From Clostridia bacterium (GTDB lineage Bacteria; Bacillota; Clostridia; Oscillospirales; Acutalibacteraceae): a DNA stretch of 64,000 nucleotides. The stretch is taken from NCBI GenBank assembly GCA_017517135.1, contig JAFXAK010000031.1:84782-148781 (forward strand), written 5' to 3'. The notes below the pieces were generated by a model that worked only from the letters and a program-made list of their open reading frames with translations, had not been told where the DNA came from and did not search any database. Shown piece after piece: positions 1 to 9,062 of the stretch (its first letter is position 1; the number at the start of each line of letters is the position of its first letter). The translations under genes were made by a program, and so were the position numbers.

Positions 1-243
1 CTCAATGATTTCAACCACACGCCATCTCTTATCCTTTGAAAGAGGACGGGTTTCCATCAGTAATACACGGTCGCCGATACCGCACTCATTGTTTTCATCG
101 TGAGCCTTAAGCTTGATGGTGTGGTTGACGATCTTCTTGTAGAGAGGATGCTTAACCTTGTCTCTTACAGAAACAACAACGGTCTTATCCATCTTATCGC
201 TGGTAACAATACCAACACGAGTTTTTCTTAAATTTCTTTCCAT
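1..243 (-). CDS. rpsQ: 30S ribosomal protein S17 (C-terminus cut by window start)
   Basis: My translation from the ATG at 241-243 (minus) gives [81 protein letters not shown]. An RBS (GGGAGGCAG) lies upstream. It sits directly after rpmC, as in S10/spc operons. Confidence 0.9.
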   Translation of the reverse strand, partial: MERNLRKTRVGIVTSDKMDKTVVVSVRDKVKHPLYKKIVNHTIKLKAHDENNECGIGDRVLLMETRPLSKDKRWRVVEIIE

Positions 244-263
244 TTTATGCTGCCTCCCTTACC

Positions 264-467
264 TTACGCATCCTTACCGTGAAGTTCAACATCTCTGCGT
301 ACTGTGAGTACTCTTGCGATGTCCTTCTTAACGGCGCTGATACGCATTGGGTTATCGAGCTGGTTGATGGCCTGCTGGAAGCGCAGCTTGAAGAGCTCGT
401 CCTTTAATTCAACGAGTTTAGCATCCAACTCTGAAGCGGACATTTTTCTGATTTCACTGGCTTTCAT
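264..467 (-). CDS. rpmC: 50S ribosomal protein L29
   Basis: The 67-aa ORF starts [31 protein letters not shown], a typical L29 sequence, and the operon order is conserved. Confidence 0.95.
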   Translation of the reverse strand: MKASEIRKMSASELDAKLVELKDELFKLRFQQAINQLDNPMRISAVKKDIARVLTVRRDVELHGKDA

Positions 468-892
468 TATGACTCACCACCCTGTTCTTCCTTTGTAATA
501 AACTTGCACTTAATGGGAAGCTTGTTTGCAGCAAGACGCATAGCTTCACGAGCTACATCTTCGCCGACACCGGCAATTTCAAACATAACTCTGCCGGGCT
601 TTACTACTGCAACCCAATATTCCGGTGAACCTTTACCTGAACCCATTCGAGTTTCAGCGGGCTTTTCGGTAATAGGCTTATCGGGGAATATCTTTATCCA
701 TACCTGACCGCCACGCTTGATATATCTTGTCATAGCGATACGGGCAGCCTCAATCTGATTTGAGGTAATCCATGCGGGCTCAAGAGCTACGAGACCGTAA
801 TCACCGTAGGTAACTGTATTGCCGCGATGTGCAACGCCCTTAAGGCGTCCTCTCTGCTGTCTGCGGTATTTAACGCGCTTAGGCAATAACAT
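467..892 (-). CDS. rplP: 50S ribosomal protein L16
   Basis: [19 protein letters not shown]... is the canonical L16 N-terminus. Its stop overlaps the rpmC start. Confidence 0.97.
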   Translation of the reverse strand: MLLPKRVKYRRQQRGRLKGVAHRGNTVTYGDYGLVALEPAWITSNQIEAARIAMTRYIKRGGQVWIKIFPDKPITEKPAETRMGSGKGSPEYWVAVVKPGRVMFEIAGVGEDVAREAMRLAANKLPIKCKFITKEEQGGES

Positions 893-894
893 TT

Positions 895-1566
895 TTACGC
901 CCTCCTGTCTCTTTTCTGTTTGGATGAAGTATCGTGGAGAACTTCACCTTTGTAAATCCAAACCTTTACGCCGATACGGCCGTAGGTTGTTTTAGCTTCA
1001 GCAAAACCGTAGTCAATGTCTGCTCTGATTGTCTGAAGCGGAATAGTACCTTCCTTGTAGGTTTCGGAACGGGCAATTTCTGCACCGCCGAGTCTGCCGC
1101 TGCACTGAATTTTGATACCGGCTGCGCCGAGACGCATTGTGCCGCCGATAGCCTGCTTAACTGCACGACGGAAAGATACACGCTTTTCAAGCTGAAGAGC
1201 AATCTTTTCTGCTACGAGCTGTGAGTTGAGGTCAGGCTGCTTGATTTCGATGATGTTGATGAAAACATCCTTGTCTGAACCAAGCATCTTCTTGCAGGTT
1301 GCCTTGATCTTTTCGATTTCGGCACCGCCCTTACCGATAACCATACCGGGCTTTGCGCAGTGGATGTTGATGCGTACTCTCTTAGGATCACGCTCAATTT
1401 CAATCTTGGGAACGCCTGCGCTGTTAAAAGCATTGAGGAGATATTCACGAACATTGTAGTCTGCTACGAGAGTATCACCGAATGTTGACTTACCTGCATA
1501 CCAGCGTGATTCCCAGTCTTTAATGACACCGATTCTTAAACCGGTAGGATTAATTTTCTGTCCCAT
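895..1566 (-). CDS. rpsC: 30S ribosomal protein S3
   Basis: [24 protein letters not shown]... matches S3 with its KH domain. Confidence 0.97.
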   Translation of the reverse strand: MGQKINPTGLRIGVIKDWESRWYAGKSTFGDTLVADYNVREYLLNAFNSAGVPKIEIERDPKRVRINIHCAKPGMVIGKGGAEIEKIKATCKKMLGSDKDVFINIIEIKQPDLNSQLVAEKIALQLEKRVSFRRAVKQAIGGTMRLGAAGIKIQCSGRLGGAEIARSETYKEGTIPLQTIRADIDYGFAEAKTTYGRIGVKVWIYKGEVLHDTSSKQKRDRRA

Positions 1567-1587
1567 TGTATAATTCCTCCTCCCCGA

Positions 1588-1923
1588 TTATTCCATTTCC
1601 TTGAGAACAAGGTTGATGTGAGATGTCTTTTTATTGATTCTGAATGCACGGCCGTGGTCTCCGGGTCTGATTCTCTTGAGAGTGGGGCCCTGAGAAACTG
1701 TGCACTCTGCAACATAGAGTCTGGAAACATCCATGTCGAAATTGTTTTCCGCATTAGCCATAGCGGATTTAAGAAGCTTTGCAAGGGGTTCACACGCAGC
1801 CTTGGGTGTGTACTTAAGGATTGCCATAGCTTCTTCAGCGGGCTTATTTCTGATAAGGTCAAGAACTAACTTAACCTTACGGGGAGCGATGCGCTCAAAA
1901 GTCGCTTTTGCTCTTGCTTCCAT
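1588..1923 (-). CDS. rplV: 50S ribosomal protein L22
   Basis: [27 protein letters not shown]... is an L22 signature, and the operon position fits. Confidence 0.96.
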   Translation of the reverse strand: MEARAKATFERIAPRKVKLVLDLIRNKPAEEAMAILKYTPKAACEPLAKLLKSAMANAENNFDMDVSRLYVAECTVSQGPTLKRIRPGDHGRAFRINKKTSHINLVLKEME

Positions 1924-1942
1924 TTTTTACACTCCTTTCGGC

Positions 1943-2224
1943 TTATTTACCGTTATTTGATGTTTTGCTGCCTGCGTGACCTTTGAAGGTTCTTGTGGGA
2001 GCAAATTCACCTAATTTGTGACCAACCATATCCTCTGTTACATATACGGGTACATGCTTACGACCGTCATGAACGGCAAAGGTGTGACCAACAAAATCAG
2101 GGAAGATTGTGGAGCTGCGGCTCCATGTTTTAAGAACGATTTTTTCGCCCTTTTTGTTCATTTCAATGACTCTTTCGAGAAGCTTGGGCTGCACGAAAGG
2201 TCCCTTTTTAATACTTCTGCCCAT
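1943..2224 (-). CDS. rpsS: 30S ribosomal protein S19
   Basis: [19 protein letters not shown]...[42 protein letters not shown] matches S19. Confidence 0.97.
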   Translation of the reverse strand: MGRSIKKGPFVQPKLLERVIEMNKKGEKIVLKTWSRSSTIFPDFVGHTFAVHDGRKHVPVYVTEDMVGHKLGEFAPTRTFKGHAGSKTSNNGK

Positions 2225-2244
2225 TATTTATCGCTCCTTTCCGT

Positions 2245-3078
2245 TTATTTAGCATTAGCGCGCTTTACGATAAGCTTATCGGAACGCTTATGCTTTGCAC
2301 GAGTCTTGTAACCGAGAGCGGGCTTGCCCCAAGGAGTAACAGGACCGGGACGACCGATGGGGGACTTACCTTCACCACCACCATGAGGATGGTCGCAGGG
2401 GTTCATTACTGAACCGCGGACTGTGGGACGGATACCCATATGACGGGTACGGCCTGCTTTACCGATTTTAACATTAAGATGATCTTCGTTGCTTACCTGA
2501 CCGATTGTAGCCATACACTGAACGGGTACGTTACGAAGTTCGCCTGAGGGTAAACGAAGAAGAGCATATTTGCCTTCCTTAGCCATAAGCTGAGCTGCAT
2601 TACCTGCTGCTCTTGCAAGCTGGCCGCCTCTGCCGGGATAAAGTTCAACATTGTGGATGAATGTACCGGTAGGGATATTTGTGAGGGGAAGAGCATTACC
2701 TACTTTAATATCTGCTGCAGGACCGGCAACAACTGTGTCACCGACATTAAGTCCTGTGGGAGCAATGATGTAGCTCTTTGTGCCGTCTTCATACTGAATA
2801 AGAGCGATGAATGCTGAACGGTTGGGATCGTATTCAAGAGTCTTAACAGTAGCGGGCATATCGATCTTTGAACGCTTGAAATCGATTATGCGGTACTTCT
2901 GACGGTTTCCGCCGCCGTGATGACGGACTGTAATTCTGCCGTAGCTGTTTCTGCCTGCGGTCTTCTTGAGGGGCTCAAGAAGGCTTCTTTCAGGAGCAAC
3001 CTTTGACAGTTTGGAGTAATCTGTAACCGACATATTACGACGACCGTTTGTTGTCGGTTTGTAGACCTTTATAGCCAT
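2245..3078 (-). CDS. rplB: 50S ribosomal protein L2
   Basis: [18 protein letters not shown]... and [18 protein letters not shown] are L2 hallmarks. Confidence 0.97.
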   Translation of the reverse strand: MAIKVYKPTTNGRRNMSVTDYSKLSKVAPERSLLEPLKKTAGRNSYGRITVRHHGGGNRQKYRIIDFKRSKIDMPATVKTLEYDPNRSAFIALIQYEDGTKSYIIAPTGLNVGDTVVAGPAADIKVGNALPLTNIPTGTFIHNVELYPGRGGQLARAAGNAAQLMAKEGKYALLRLPSGELRNVPVQCMATIGQVSNEDHLNVKIGKAGRTRHMGIRPTVRGSVMNPCDHPHGGGEGKSPIGRPGPVTPWGKPALGYKTRAKHKRSDKLIVKRANAK

Positions 3079-3122
3079 TTTTTTGTCACACGCCTTTCAT
3101 ATTATTGAAAAAATTGTGTTCG

Positions 3123-3170
3123 TTCCGGATAGTTTAGCGGCCGGCTAAAACCATACATCGCTTTCCGGAA
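3123..3170 (-). other. Nested stem-loop inside an unusually long (101 nt) rplW-rplB spacer
   Basis: The outer arms are ttccgga (3123-3129) and tccggaa (3164-3170). The inner arms are tttagc (3133-3138) and gctaaa (3144-3149), around a GC-rich loop. Confidence 0.4.
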
Positions 3171-3179
3171 TGAGGTCAA

Positions 3180-3476
3180 TTAAAACATACCGTCAAAGAA
3201 CTCGATTGTCTTGGAGCCTTCTGTGAGTGTTACGATTGCCTTCTTCCATGAGGGCTTGTAGCCTTCATAACGGCCGTAACGACGCATATGACCACGAACA
3301 TTCATTGTATTTACGCTTTCAACCTCAACATCGAAAAGCTCTTCAACAGCCTTTGCGATTTCGATTTTGTTTGCGTTTTTGGCAACAACGAAAGTATACT
3401 TCTTCATTGCTGTGCCCATCATACTTTCTTCGGTAACTACGGGCTTGAGGATTATATCCTGTGCTAACTTACTCAT
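3180..3476 (-). CDS. rplW: 50S ribosomal protein L23
   Basis: The 98-aa ORF (MSKLAQDIILKPVVTEESM...) is L23-like and lies between rplD and rplB. Confidence 0.95.
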   Translation of the reverse strand: MSKLAQDIILKPVVTEESMMGTAMKKYTFVVAKNANKIEIAKAVEELFDVEVESVNTMNVRGHMRRYGRYEGYKPSWKKAIVTLTEGSKTIEFFDGMF

Positions 3477-4099
3477 TATGCATAAACCTCCTCAATCTTT
3501 GCTACCGCATCCTTGAGAACTACGATGCTGTCGCAATTAAGGATATCATAAACATTAAGTGTGCTTACAAGTGTTGTCTTAACGCCTGCGATGTTACGGG
3601 CTGAACGGTAAACAACATCATCCTTTTCGGGAAGAACGATAAGAGTTTTCTTACCTGTCTTGAGAGCTGCAAGAACCTTTACGATTTCCTTTGTTTTGAT
3701 AGCTTCAAGTGAAAGAGCGTCAAGAACGATCATTTCCTGAGAAGCAACCTTTGAAGAAAGAGCAGACTTAAGAGCAAGTCTTCTTACTTTCTTGTTTATT
3801 GTGAAGTTGTAGCTACGGGGCTTAGGACCGTGAGCGATACCGCCGTGGTACCACTGGGGAGATCTTGTTGAACCCTGTCTTGCACGACCGGTTCCCTTCT
3901 GTCTCCAAGGCTTCTTACCGCCGCCGCTTACTTCGGAGCGTGTGAGGGTGGACTGTGTTCCCTGACGCTGATTTGCAAGATAATTTACAACAGCGAGATG
4001 CATAACTGTTTCGTTGGGCTCGATAGCGAATATGCTTTCGTTGAGCTCGAGTTCGGAAACCTTCTCGCCTGCCATATTAAATACTGCTGTTTTAGGCAT
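3476..4099 (-). CDS. rplD: 50S ribosomal protein L4
   Basis: The 207-aa ORF contains GGGKKPWRQKGTGRARQGS, an L4 motif. Confidence 0.96.
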   Translation of the reverse strand: MPKTAVFNMAGEKVSELELNESIFAIEPNETVMHLAVVNYLANQRQGTQSTLTRSEVSGGGKKPWRQKGTGRARQGSTRSPQWYHGGIAHGPKPRSYNFTINKKVRRLALKSALSSKVASQEMIVLDALSLEAIKTKEIVKVLAALKTGKKTLIVLPEKDDVVYRSARNIAGVKTTLVSTLNVYDILNCDSIVVLKDAVAKIEEVYA

Positions 4100-4113
4100 C
4101 TTCTATTCCCTCC

Positions 4114-4749
4114 TTACGCTTTCTTAACGGCATTTGTGATAACAATGTAACCGCCCTTGGCACCGGGAACAGCACCCTTAACAGCGATGAGATTGTTTTC
4201 AGCATCTACCTTAACTACGTCCAGATTCTGAACAGTAACTTTTTCAGCACCGAGATGACCGGGCATCTTCTTTCCCTTGAAAACTCTTGAGGGATCGGAG
4301 CAAGCGCCCATTGAACCCTGATGTCTTGCTACGGGACCGGTACCGTGAGTTTCTTTGAGTCTGCCGAAGTTCCATCTCTTGATGGCACCGGCATATCCCT
4401 TACCTTTGCTTGTGCCGGATACATCTACCTTTTCGCCTGCTGCAAAGATGTCAGCCTTGAGGATATCACCTACATTGAGAGCAGATGTATCTGCGAGTCT
4501 GAATTCTCTGAGAGCCTTCTTGGGAGCGACATCAGCCTTTGCGAAATGGCCCTTCATGGGCTTGTTTACGCGGCTGAGCTTTACATCGCCGTAACCGAGC
4601 TGAACAGCTTCATAGCCGTCCTTTTCATTTGTCTTCTTCTGAACTACTGCGCAGGGACCAACTTCAAGAACTGTTACGGGAACTACATTACCCTTTTCGT
4701 CAAAAAGCTGTGTCATGCCGAGTTTCTTACCGATAAGACCTTTTTGCAT
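4114..4749 (-). CDS. rplC: 50S ribosomal protein L3
   Basis: [29 protein letters not shown]... is the canonical L3 N-terminus. Confidence 0.97.
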   Translation of the reverse strand: MQKGLIGKKLGMTQLFDEKGNVVPVTVLEVGPCAVVQKKTNEKDGYEAVQLGYGDVKLSRVNKPMKGHFAKADVAPKKALREFRLADTSALNVGDILKADIFAAGEKVDVSGTSKGKGYAGAIKRWNFGRLKETHGTGPVARHQGSMGACSDPSRVFKGKKMPGHLGAEKVTVQNLDVVKVDAENNLIAVKGAVPGAKGGYIVITNAVKKA

Positions 4750-4806
4750 TTGTTTTTTCCTCCTTCAGATTATTGGTTGACTTTCGCCAACATGACCTGC
4801 GGCGCA

Positions 4807-5121
4807 TTACATCATTTTGATTTCGATATCTACGCCTGCGGGAAGCTCAAGATTTGTCAGTGCTTCAGCTGTTTTTGCTGAAGGTCTGATGATATCAATG
4901 AGCCTTTTGTGTGTTCTCTGCTCAAACTGTTCACGGGAATCCTTGTACTTGTGAACTGCACGAAGGATTGTTACTACTTCCTTTTCTGTGGGGAGCGGTA
5001 CGGGACCGGAAACCTGAGCGCCTGTGCGCTTTGCGGTTGCAACGATTCTCTCCGCAGCCTTGTCAACAAGGTTGTGGTCGTAGCCCTTGAGTCTGATTCT
5101 GATTTTTTCCTTAACTGCCAT
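4807..5121 (-). CDS. rpsJ: 30S ribosomal protein S10
   Basis: The true start is the internal ATG at 5119-5121 ([16 protein letters not shown]...), preceded by GGAGG at 5131-5135. The longer track ORF (to 5202) adds a non-S10 extension. Confidence 0.95.
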   Translation of the reverse strand: MAVKEKIRIRLKGYDHNLVDKAAERIVATAKRTGAQVSGPVPLPTEKEVVTILRAVHKYKDSREQFEQRTHKRLIDIIRPSAKTAEALTNLELPAGVDIEIKMM

Positions 5122-5447
5122 TTGTTTACGCCTCCTTGGATGTTTGGCGGGCTGCTTGTGTTGAAAATTTACACACGGCTCCGGGTGTTTCAACCCTCGC
5201 ATTTTTTAAATCCGGAATATTCGCAAGCTATTCCGGACGCAAAAATTGTGCAATTTTCACCGTTTCAGGGCATGGAAAGCTGGTTAAGGCACAGATTTCC
5301 CCATAAAACGGCCATACTTCGCCCGGTTTCAAATCGGACATACTCCACGGAAATTCCCTGCGTCACAGCGCAGCCACCTTCCGTATCAACGCATATCAGC
5401 CTGTAGGATTTAGGCGCAATACGCCTATCCAGTCAAGCACGAGGAGT
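5122..5447 (-). promoter_or_regulatory. Long (~325 nt) structured 5' leader of the S10 operon
   Basis: It lies between the predicted promoter and the rpsJ RBS and has no credible ORF. It holds several hairpins, for example tccggaata...tattccgga (5211-5237) followed on the mRNA by UUUAAAAAAU, a ctgcg/cgcag stem and an aggcg/cgcct stem. Confidence 0.5.
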
Positions 5448-5476
5448 AGTATAACACATATTTTTGTAAATTGCAA
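5448..5476 (-). promoter_or_regulatory. Sigma-A type promoter of the S10 operon
   Basis: On the minus strand, TTGCAA (5471-5476) is separated by 17 nt from TATACT (5448-5453). Confidence 0.5.
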
Positions 5477-5581
5477 CAATTTTTTGAAAAAATTTTCGTA
5501 AAAAGTGCTGTTTTTTTTGTAATTTTCCATATATGCATAATGATGCGTATTTCACTGCATATACGGCAAATTCAATGTATA

Positions 5582-6325
5582 TTATTTCAATTTATCTTCT
5601 ATTGCAGGGAAAATCATACCTTTTATAAGCACATTCATATTAAACCAGTTTTCAACAACGGAAACATTCTCTGCTTCAGAAGAAGATGCGGCAGCAACAA
5701 AAGAGATTTTTCCCGAGCTGTCAATAAGATACACTCTTCTGAGATTGTCAACCGTTCTGTTTTCGGCACCCTCCGAAGAAAATTCAAAAACATAATTCTG
5801 TCCCGATTCGGGTACCGAGTATACAGCAACCAATAACGAAGCATCTATGCCTCTTTTGTTCACAACAATCTGAATATACTTATTATCCTCACTCAGATCA
5901 ACCTCCATTGTACCGTTAGCCTCGGGCATGGACATATTGAGAGTAATATCGGAAGCTTCAGAAGCTGTGGTTGTTTCCGGCACTTCTTTTGTTGTGCTCT
6001 CCTGTTCGGTTGTTGTTTCGGCAGGCACGGTGCTTTCAGGCGCAGAAGTTGTTGTTTCCGGTGCAACGGTCGTTGTTTCCGGAGAAACAGCAGTTGTTTC
6101 CTGAGGCACGGTCGTTTCCTGTGTCACCGTTGTTTCCTGCAGCTGAGTCTGAGTTTCACTTTCCGCTTCGGTTGACAGTGTCTCTTCAGCAAAGGAAGAA
6201 GGTTCCGACGGAGTATATATATAGTTGTATGTAGTGGTAGTTGTGTTTACGGACGGTGTACCTGAATTACATGCAGCAAGTCCCGCAACAAGTATTATCA
6301 CCAACACAAAAGCAAAAAATTTCAT
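5582..6325 (-). CDS. Lipoprotein with T/E-rich linker, function unknown
   Basis: The signal peptide and lipobox are MKFFAFVLVIILVAGLAAC. An RBS (AAGAGGA) is present. The linker is low-complexity (ETTVTQETTVPQETTAVSPETTTVAPETTT). Confidence 0.75.
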   Translation of the reverse strand: MKFFAFVLVIILVAGLAACNSGTPSVNTTTTTYNYIYTPSEPSSFAEETLSTEAESETQTQLQETTVTQETTVPQETTAVSPETTTVAPETTTSAPESTVPAETTTEQESTTKEVPETTTASEASDITLNMSMPEANGTMEVDLSEDNKYIQIVVNKRGIDASLLVAVYSVPESGQNYVFEFSSEGAENRTVDNLRRVYLIDSSGKISFVAAASSSEAENVSVVENWFNMNVLIKGMIFPAIEDKLK

Positions 6326-6437
6326 AACAATTCCTCTTTATATATATTTAAACATTATATATAGTGTTTTCTGCGACAAAACAGCCATACATCAAAATGT
6401 GCCCGGAAAACCTCCGGGCACATTCATAAAATTATTA

Positions 6438-6710
6438 TCAGGCACCTGTTATTGTTGTAAGGAAGGATGAGGTTGCGTCATTTGACAGAAGCTCAACAAC
6501 ACTTGAAACAAGAGATGAAATTACAACCGAAATATCGCCCGCATTTATTCCCGTAAAAATTGAAAGAAGACCGGACAGCACATTTCCCACACCCTCAAGT
6601 GAGGTCATATCTCCCGTTTGAATTGTGGCAATTATTTCATTAAAGGTTGCCTCAACAGCCTGTGCATCAAAACCGAGGTTAGCTATTGTCTGAATTAATG
6701 TCTGAAGCAT
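6438..6710 (-). CDS. Small acidic hypothetical protein (90 aa) with no Lys/Arg/His
   Basis: I place the start at the ATG at 6708-6710 (MLQTLIQ...), which is preceded by GGGAG at 6719-6723. The region upstream is an AT-rich promoter-like stretch. I recognise no family. Confidence 0.5.
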   Translation of the reverse strand: MLQTLIQTIANLGFDAQAVEATFNEIIATIQTGDMTSLEGVGNVLSGLLSIFTGINAGDISVVISSLVSSVVELLSNDATSSFLTTITGA

Positions 6711-6832
6711 AACAACATCTCCCGAGTACAATTAATATACAGTAAATATAACACAAAAAATAATTTTTATTTTTCCAAAAAAGAATTAAACTCTTGTTTT
6801 TATTATTTTTATTAACTTTTTGTTAATAATTT

Positions 6833-8032
6833 TTAAATTTCAGCCGTATCACAGCTGCTTTTTTCATCATTCTGCGTTTTCACAGCCTCCGTTTTTGATG
6901 TTCGGAACAGACGGATTATACCGTTATCGTTAAGCTCCTTTATAACAATTACGGCAAACGGCAGAACGAAAAAGCCTAAAACACCTATAGTTTTTGTTCC
7001 GACATACATAGCGATAATAGTAACAATAGGAGGCAAGCCTACCTGACCGGCAACGAGCTTTGGCTCAATTATCTGACGAAGCACGGTTACAACGGCATAA
7101 ATAACAAGCAAGCCCACACCCATACCTATCTTACCGGTAATCAAAGAATATATAGCCCAGGGAACCAGCACGGTGCCTGTGCCGAGAACGGGGATAATGT
7201 CAATAATTGCGATACCTATACTTATTACAATGATAAACTCCGAATTGAACACACCGATAATTTTAAGAATTGTAAGACCGGTAAGCATCTCTGCCGTTGT
7301 GATAAGAATGATAAGCGAATATGCCTTTATCATCTTTTTGAGCGTACCCTCGGCAAGCTTCTTTGACATCACAAGCTTTTTTCTGTGTTCATCCGAGAAC
7401 TGATTGAGAATGAAATATTTTATTCTGTTGTAATCCGATGTCATAAAAACACAGGCAATAACAGAAATAATACACGCAATAAGAACAGAAGGAATCTGAA
7501 CAACCGTATCCTTTATTGCTATACCGCCTTTTGAAATCAATGAGCCCCAGTCTATTCCGATTGAGCTTATTGAAATGTTTTCAAAGCCGTTTGTTATTAT
7601 TTCATCAAAGAAAACAGTTATCTGTTCATTGAGTGTCTGTCTCAGGGATTCGGGAAGGAAAGAAATAACATTAAGAATCCACACCTTTATATTCTCACTG
7701 ACCTGTGAGATATTATGCAGCCGTGCAATAAGATAATCAACGAATCCCCTTATCTGTGCAAAAAGCTGAACACCCGCAAAAACCAATATAAATACTACGA
7801 TTCCTATCAGCAGAAAAACACTCAATGCACCTGCAAGACTTCGTTTTATCGGTGTTTTTTTTGTTATGAAATTTACGGGCTTCTGCAAAAGAGTGGCAAC
7901 ACAAAATGCAAACACAAAGGGAAGCAGCAAGCCGAAGGTATATTTACATACAAAAAATATCACGGCACAAACAAGAGCGATATATGCGGCATTGATAAGT
8001 GTTGCGCGTCTTTTCTCAATAATATTATCCAT
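6833..8032 (-). CDS. AI-2E/UPF0118 family membrane protein (YtvI-like sporulation integral membrane protein)
   Basis: The protein has multiple TM segments, with a C-terminal GxxGxxxxP-type region (GLPPIVTIIAMYVGTKTIGVLGFFVLP). The start is the ATG at 8030-8032 (MDNIIEKRR) with a GAGGTG RBS; the longer track ORF lacks an RBS. Confidence 0.8.
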   Translation of the reverse strand: MDNIIEKRRATLINAAYIALVCAVIFFVCKYTFGLLLPFVFAFCVATLLQKPVNFITKKTPIKRSLAGALSVFLLIGIVVFILVFAGVQLFAQIRGFVDYLIARLHNISQVSENIKVWILNVISFLPESLRQTLNEQITVFFDEIITNGFENISISSIGIDWGSLISKGGIAIKDTVVQIPSVLIACIISVIACVFMTSDYNRIKYFILNQFSDEHRKKLVMSKKLAEGTLKKMIKAYSLIILITTAEMLTGLTILKIIGVFNSEFIIVISIGIAIIDIIPVLGTGTVLVPWAIYSLITGKIGMGVGLLVIYAVVTVLRQIIEPKLVAGQVGLPPIVTIIAMYVGTKTIGVLGFFVLPFAVIVIKELNDNGIIRLFRTSKTEAVKTQNDEKSSCDTAEI

Positions 8033-8152
8033 TGAATTACACCTCGCTGTGTACAAATCTTTAAATATACAACTATATAATACACCAGCAAGGCTTTTAA
8101 AACAACACTTTTCAGTTAAAATGCCAAAAAAATCATATATACAAAAAAACAG

Positions 8153-8182
8153 TTGACATTCATTCGGCAACTGTTATATAAT
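8153..8182 (+). promoter_or_regulatory. Strong sigma-A promoter for the rpmH operon
   Basis: TTGACA (8153-8158) is separated by 18 nt from TATAAT (8177-8182). Confidence 0.55.
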
Positions 8183-8291
8183 GAGTAACTGTAGAAATAG
8201 GGGTATTATGCCTTTTTTCGAGAAACGGCACATAATGATCCGTGATTTTTGCCGTATTTTATGATTTGCAAGAAAGAATGGAGGGGTTCCA

Positions 8292-8426
8292 ATGAAAAGA
8301 ACTTATCAGCCCAAGAAGCGTCATCGCAAGATGGAGCACGGTTTCCGCAAGAGAATGTCAGATGCAAACGGTCGTAAGGTTCTTGCCCGTCGCAGAGCAA
8401 AGGGCAGAAAGCAGCTCACTTACTAA
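8292..8426 (+). CDS. rpmH: 50S ribosomal protein L34 (absent from ORF track, 44 aa)
   Basis: My translation gives [55 protein letters not shown] lies upstream, and the gene precedes rnpA. Confidence 0.95.
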   Translation: MKRTYQPKKRHRKMEHGFRKRMSDANGRKVLARRRAKGRKQLTY

Positions 8427-8455
8427 GCTGTTTTCCGAAAGGGTTCGGTGATATT

Positions 8456-8797
8456 TTGTCCCGATTCGTAAAACTAAAAACCAACAGTGATTTCCGCCGT
8501 ACATATGCACGCGGAAAAGTATACGCTAATCCTGCACTGGTTGTTTATGTAATAAAAAACCGTGCGGGAATTTGTCGTATAGGAATAACAACAAGCAAAA
8601 AAATAGGCAACGCAGTACAAAGGAACCGGGCAAGACGGGTTATAACCGCGGCATACCAAAGCTTAGGACCGCTTCACGGAGGCTATGATATCGTTTTTGT
8701 TGCGAGAACTAAAACTGTGTTCAAAAAAAGTACGGAAATCGCCGCTGTTATGCAAAAACAGCTCATTTCTGCAGGAGTGCTGAAAAATGATGCGTAA
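8456..8797 (+). CDS. rnpA: Ribonuclease P protein component
   Basis: It has a TTG start and reads ...[26 protein letters not shown]...[20 protein letters not shown]. The position after rpmH is conserved. Confidence 0.92.
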   Translation: MSRFVKLKTNSDFRRTYARGKVYANPALVVYVIKNRAGICRIGITTSKKIGNAVQRNRARRVITAAYQSLGPLHGGYDIVFVARTKTVFKKSTEIAAVMQKQLISAGVLKNDA

Positions 8798-9047
8798 ATT
8801 TGCTGTTAAAGCGATATCCTTCTACCAACGCCGTATCTCTCCGCTTTTTCTGCCGAGATGCAGGTTTTTTCCTACCTGCTCACAATACACGCTCGAAGCG
8901 GTTGAACGCTACGGATTTTTTTTCGGCAGTGCTTTAGGTGCACTGCGGATTTTAAGATGTAACCCGTTTTGCAAGGGCGGACTTGATCCCGTCCCCGAAT
9001 TCAAGAAAATCAACTACAGAAATTATAAGGACAGAAACGGGAAATAA
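8787..9047 (+). CDS. yidD: Membrane protein insertion efficiency factor YidD
   Basis: [32 protein letters not shown]...RILRCNPF matches the YidD signature. It overlaps the end of rnpA. Confidence 0.92.
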   Translation: MMRKFAVKAISFYQRRISPLFLPRCRFFPTCSQYTLEAVERYGFFFGSALGALRILRCNPFCKGGLDPVPEFKKINYRNYKDRNGK

Positions 9048-9062
9048 ACTCGGAGGTTTCTA

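Noticed and set aside
304-4881. Many plus-strand ORFs of 60-186 aa inside the ribosomal protein operon, for example 304-498, 934-1224, 2018-2311 and 4321-4881.
   Set aside because: They lie antisense to highly conserved r-protein genes, have no RBS, and have Cys/Leu/Ser-rich nonsense-like composition. They are shadow ORFs.
5330-5400. An SRP-RNA-like string (CGGAAGGUGGCUGCG...CGCAGGGAAUUUCCG) in the S10 leader.
   Set aside because: The apical loop is not the conserved GNRA-type tetraloop, the flanking symmetric and asymmetric loop motifs (GGAA/AGCA) do not fit, and there is no Alu-domain or 5'/3' closing helix. I treat it as part of the leader.
5471-5836. A 121-aa plus-strand ORF.
   Set aside because: It overlaps the S10 promoter and lies antisense to the 3' end of the lipoprotein gene. 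It has no RBS and an implausible composition.
6720-8291. Possible oriC, from an AT-rich tract at 6722-6832 and the divergent junction at 8033-8291 next to rpmH.
   Set aside because: I could not find a cluster of TTATCCACA-like DnaA boxes, and dnaA is not adjacent. I kept this only as a low-interest synteny observation.
8206-8400. A 64-aa minus-strand ORF between ytvI and rnpA.
   Set aside because: It overlaps, in antisense, the clearly recognisable rpmH gene (8292-8426, plus) and its promoter and leader, and it has no RBS.
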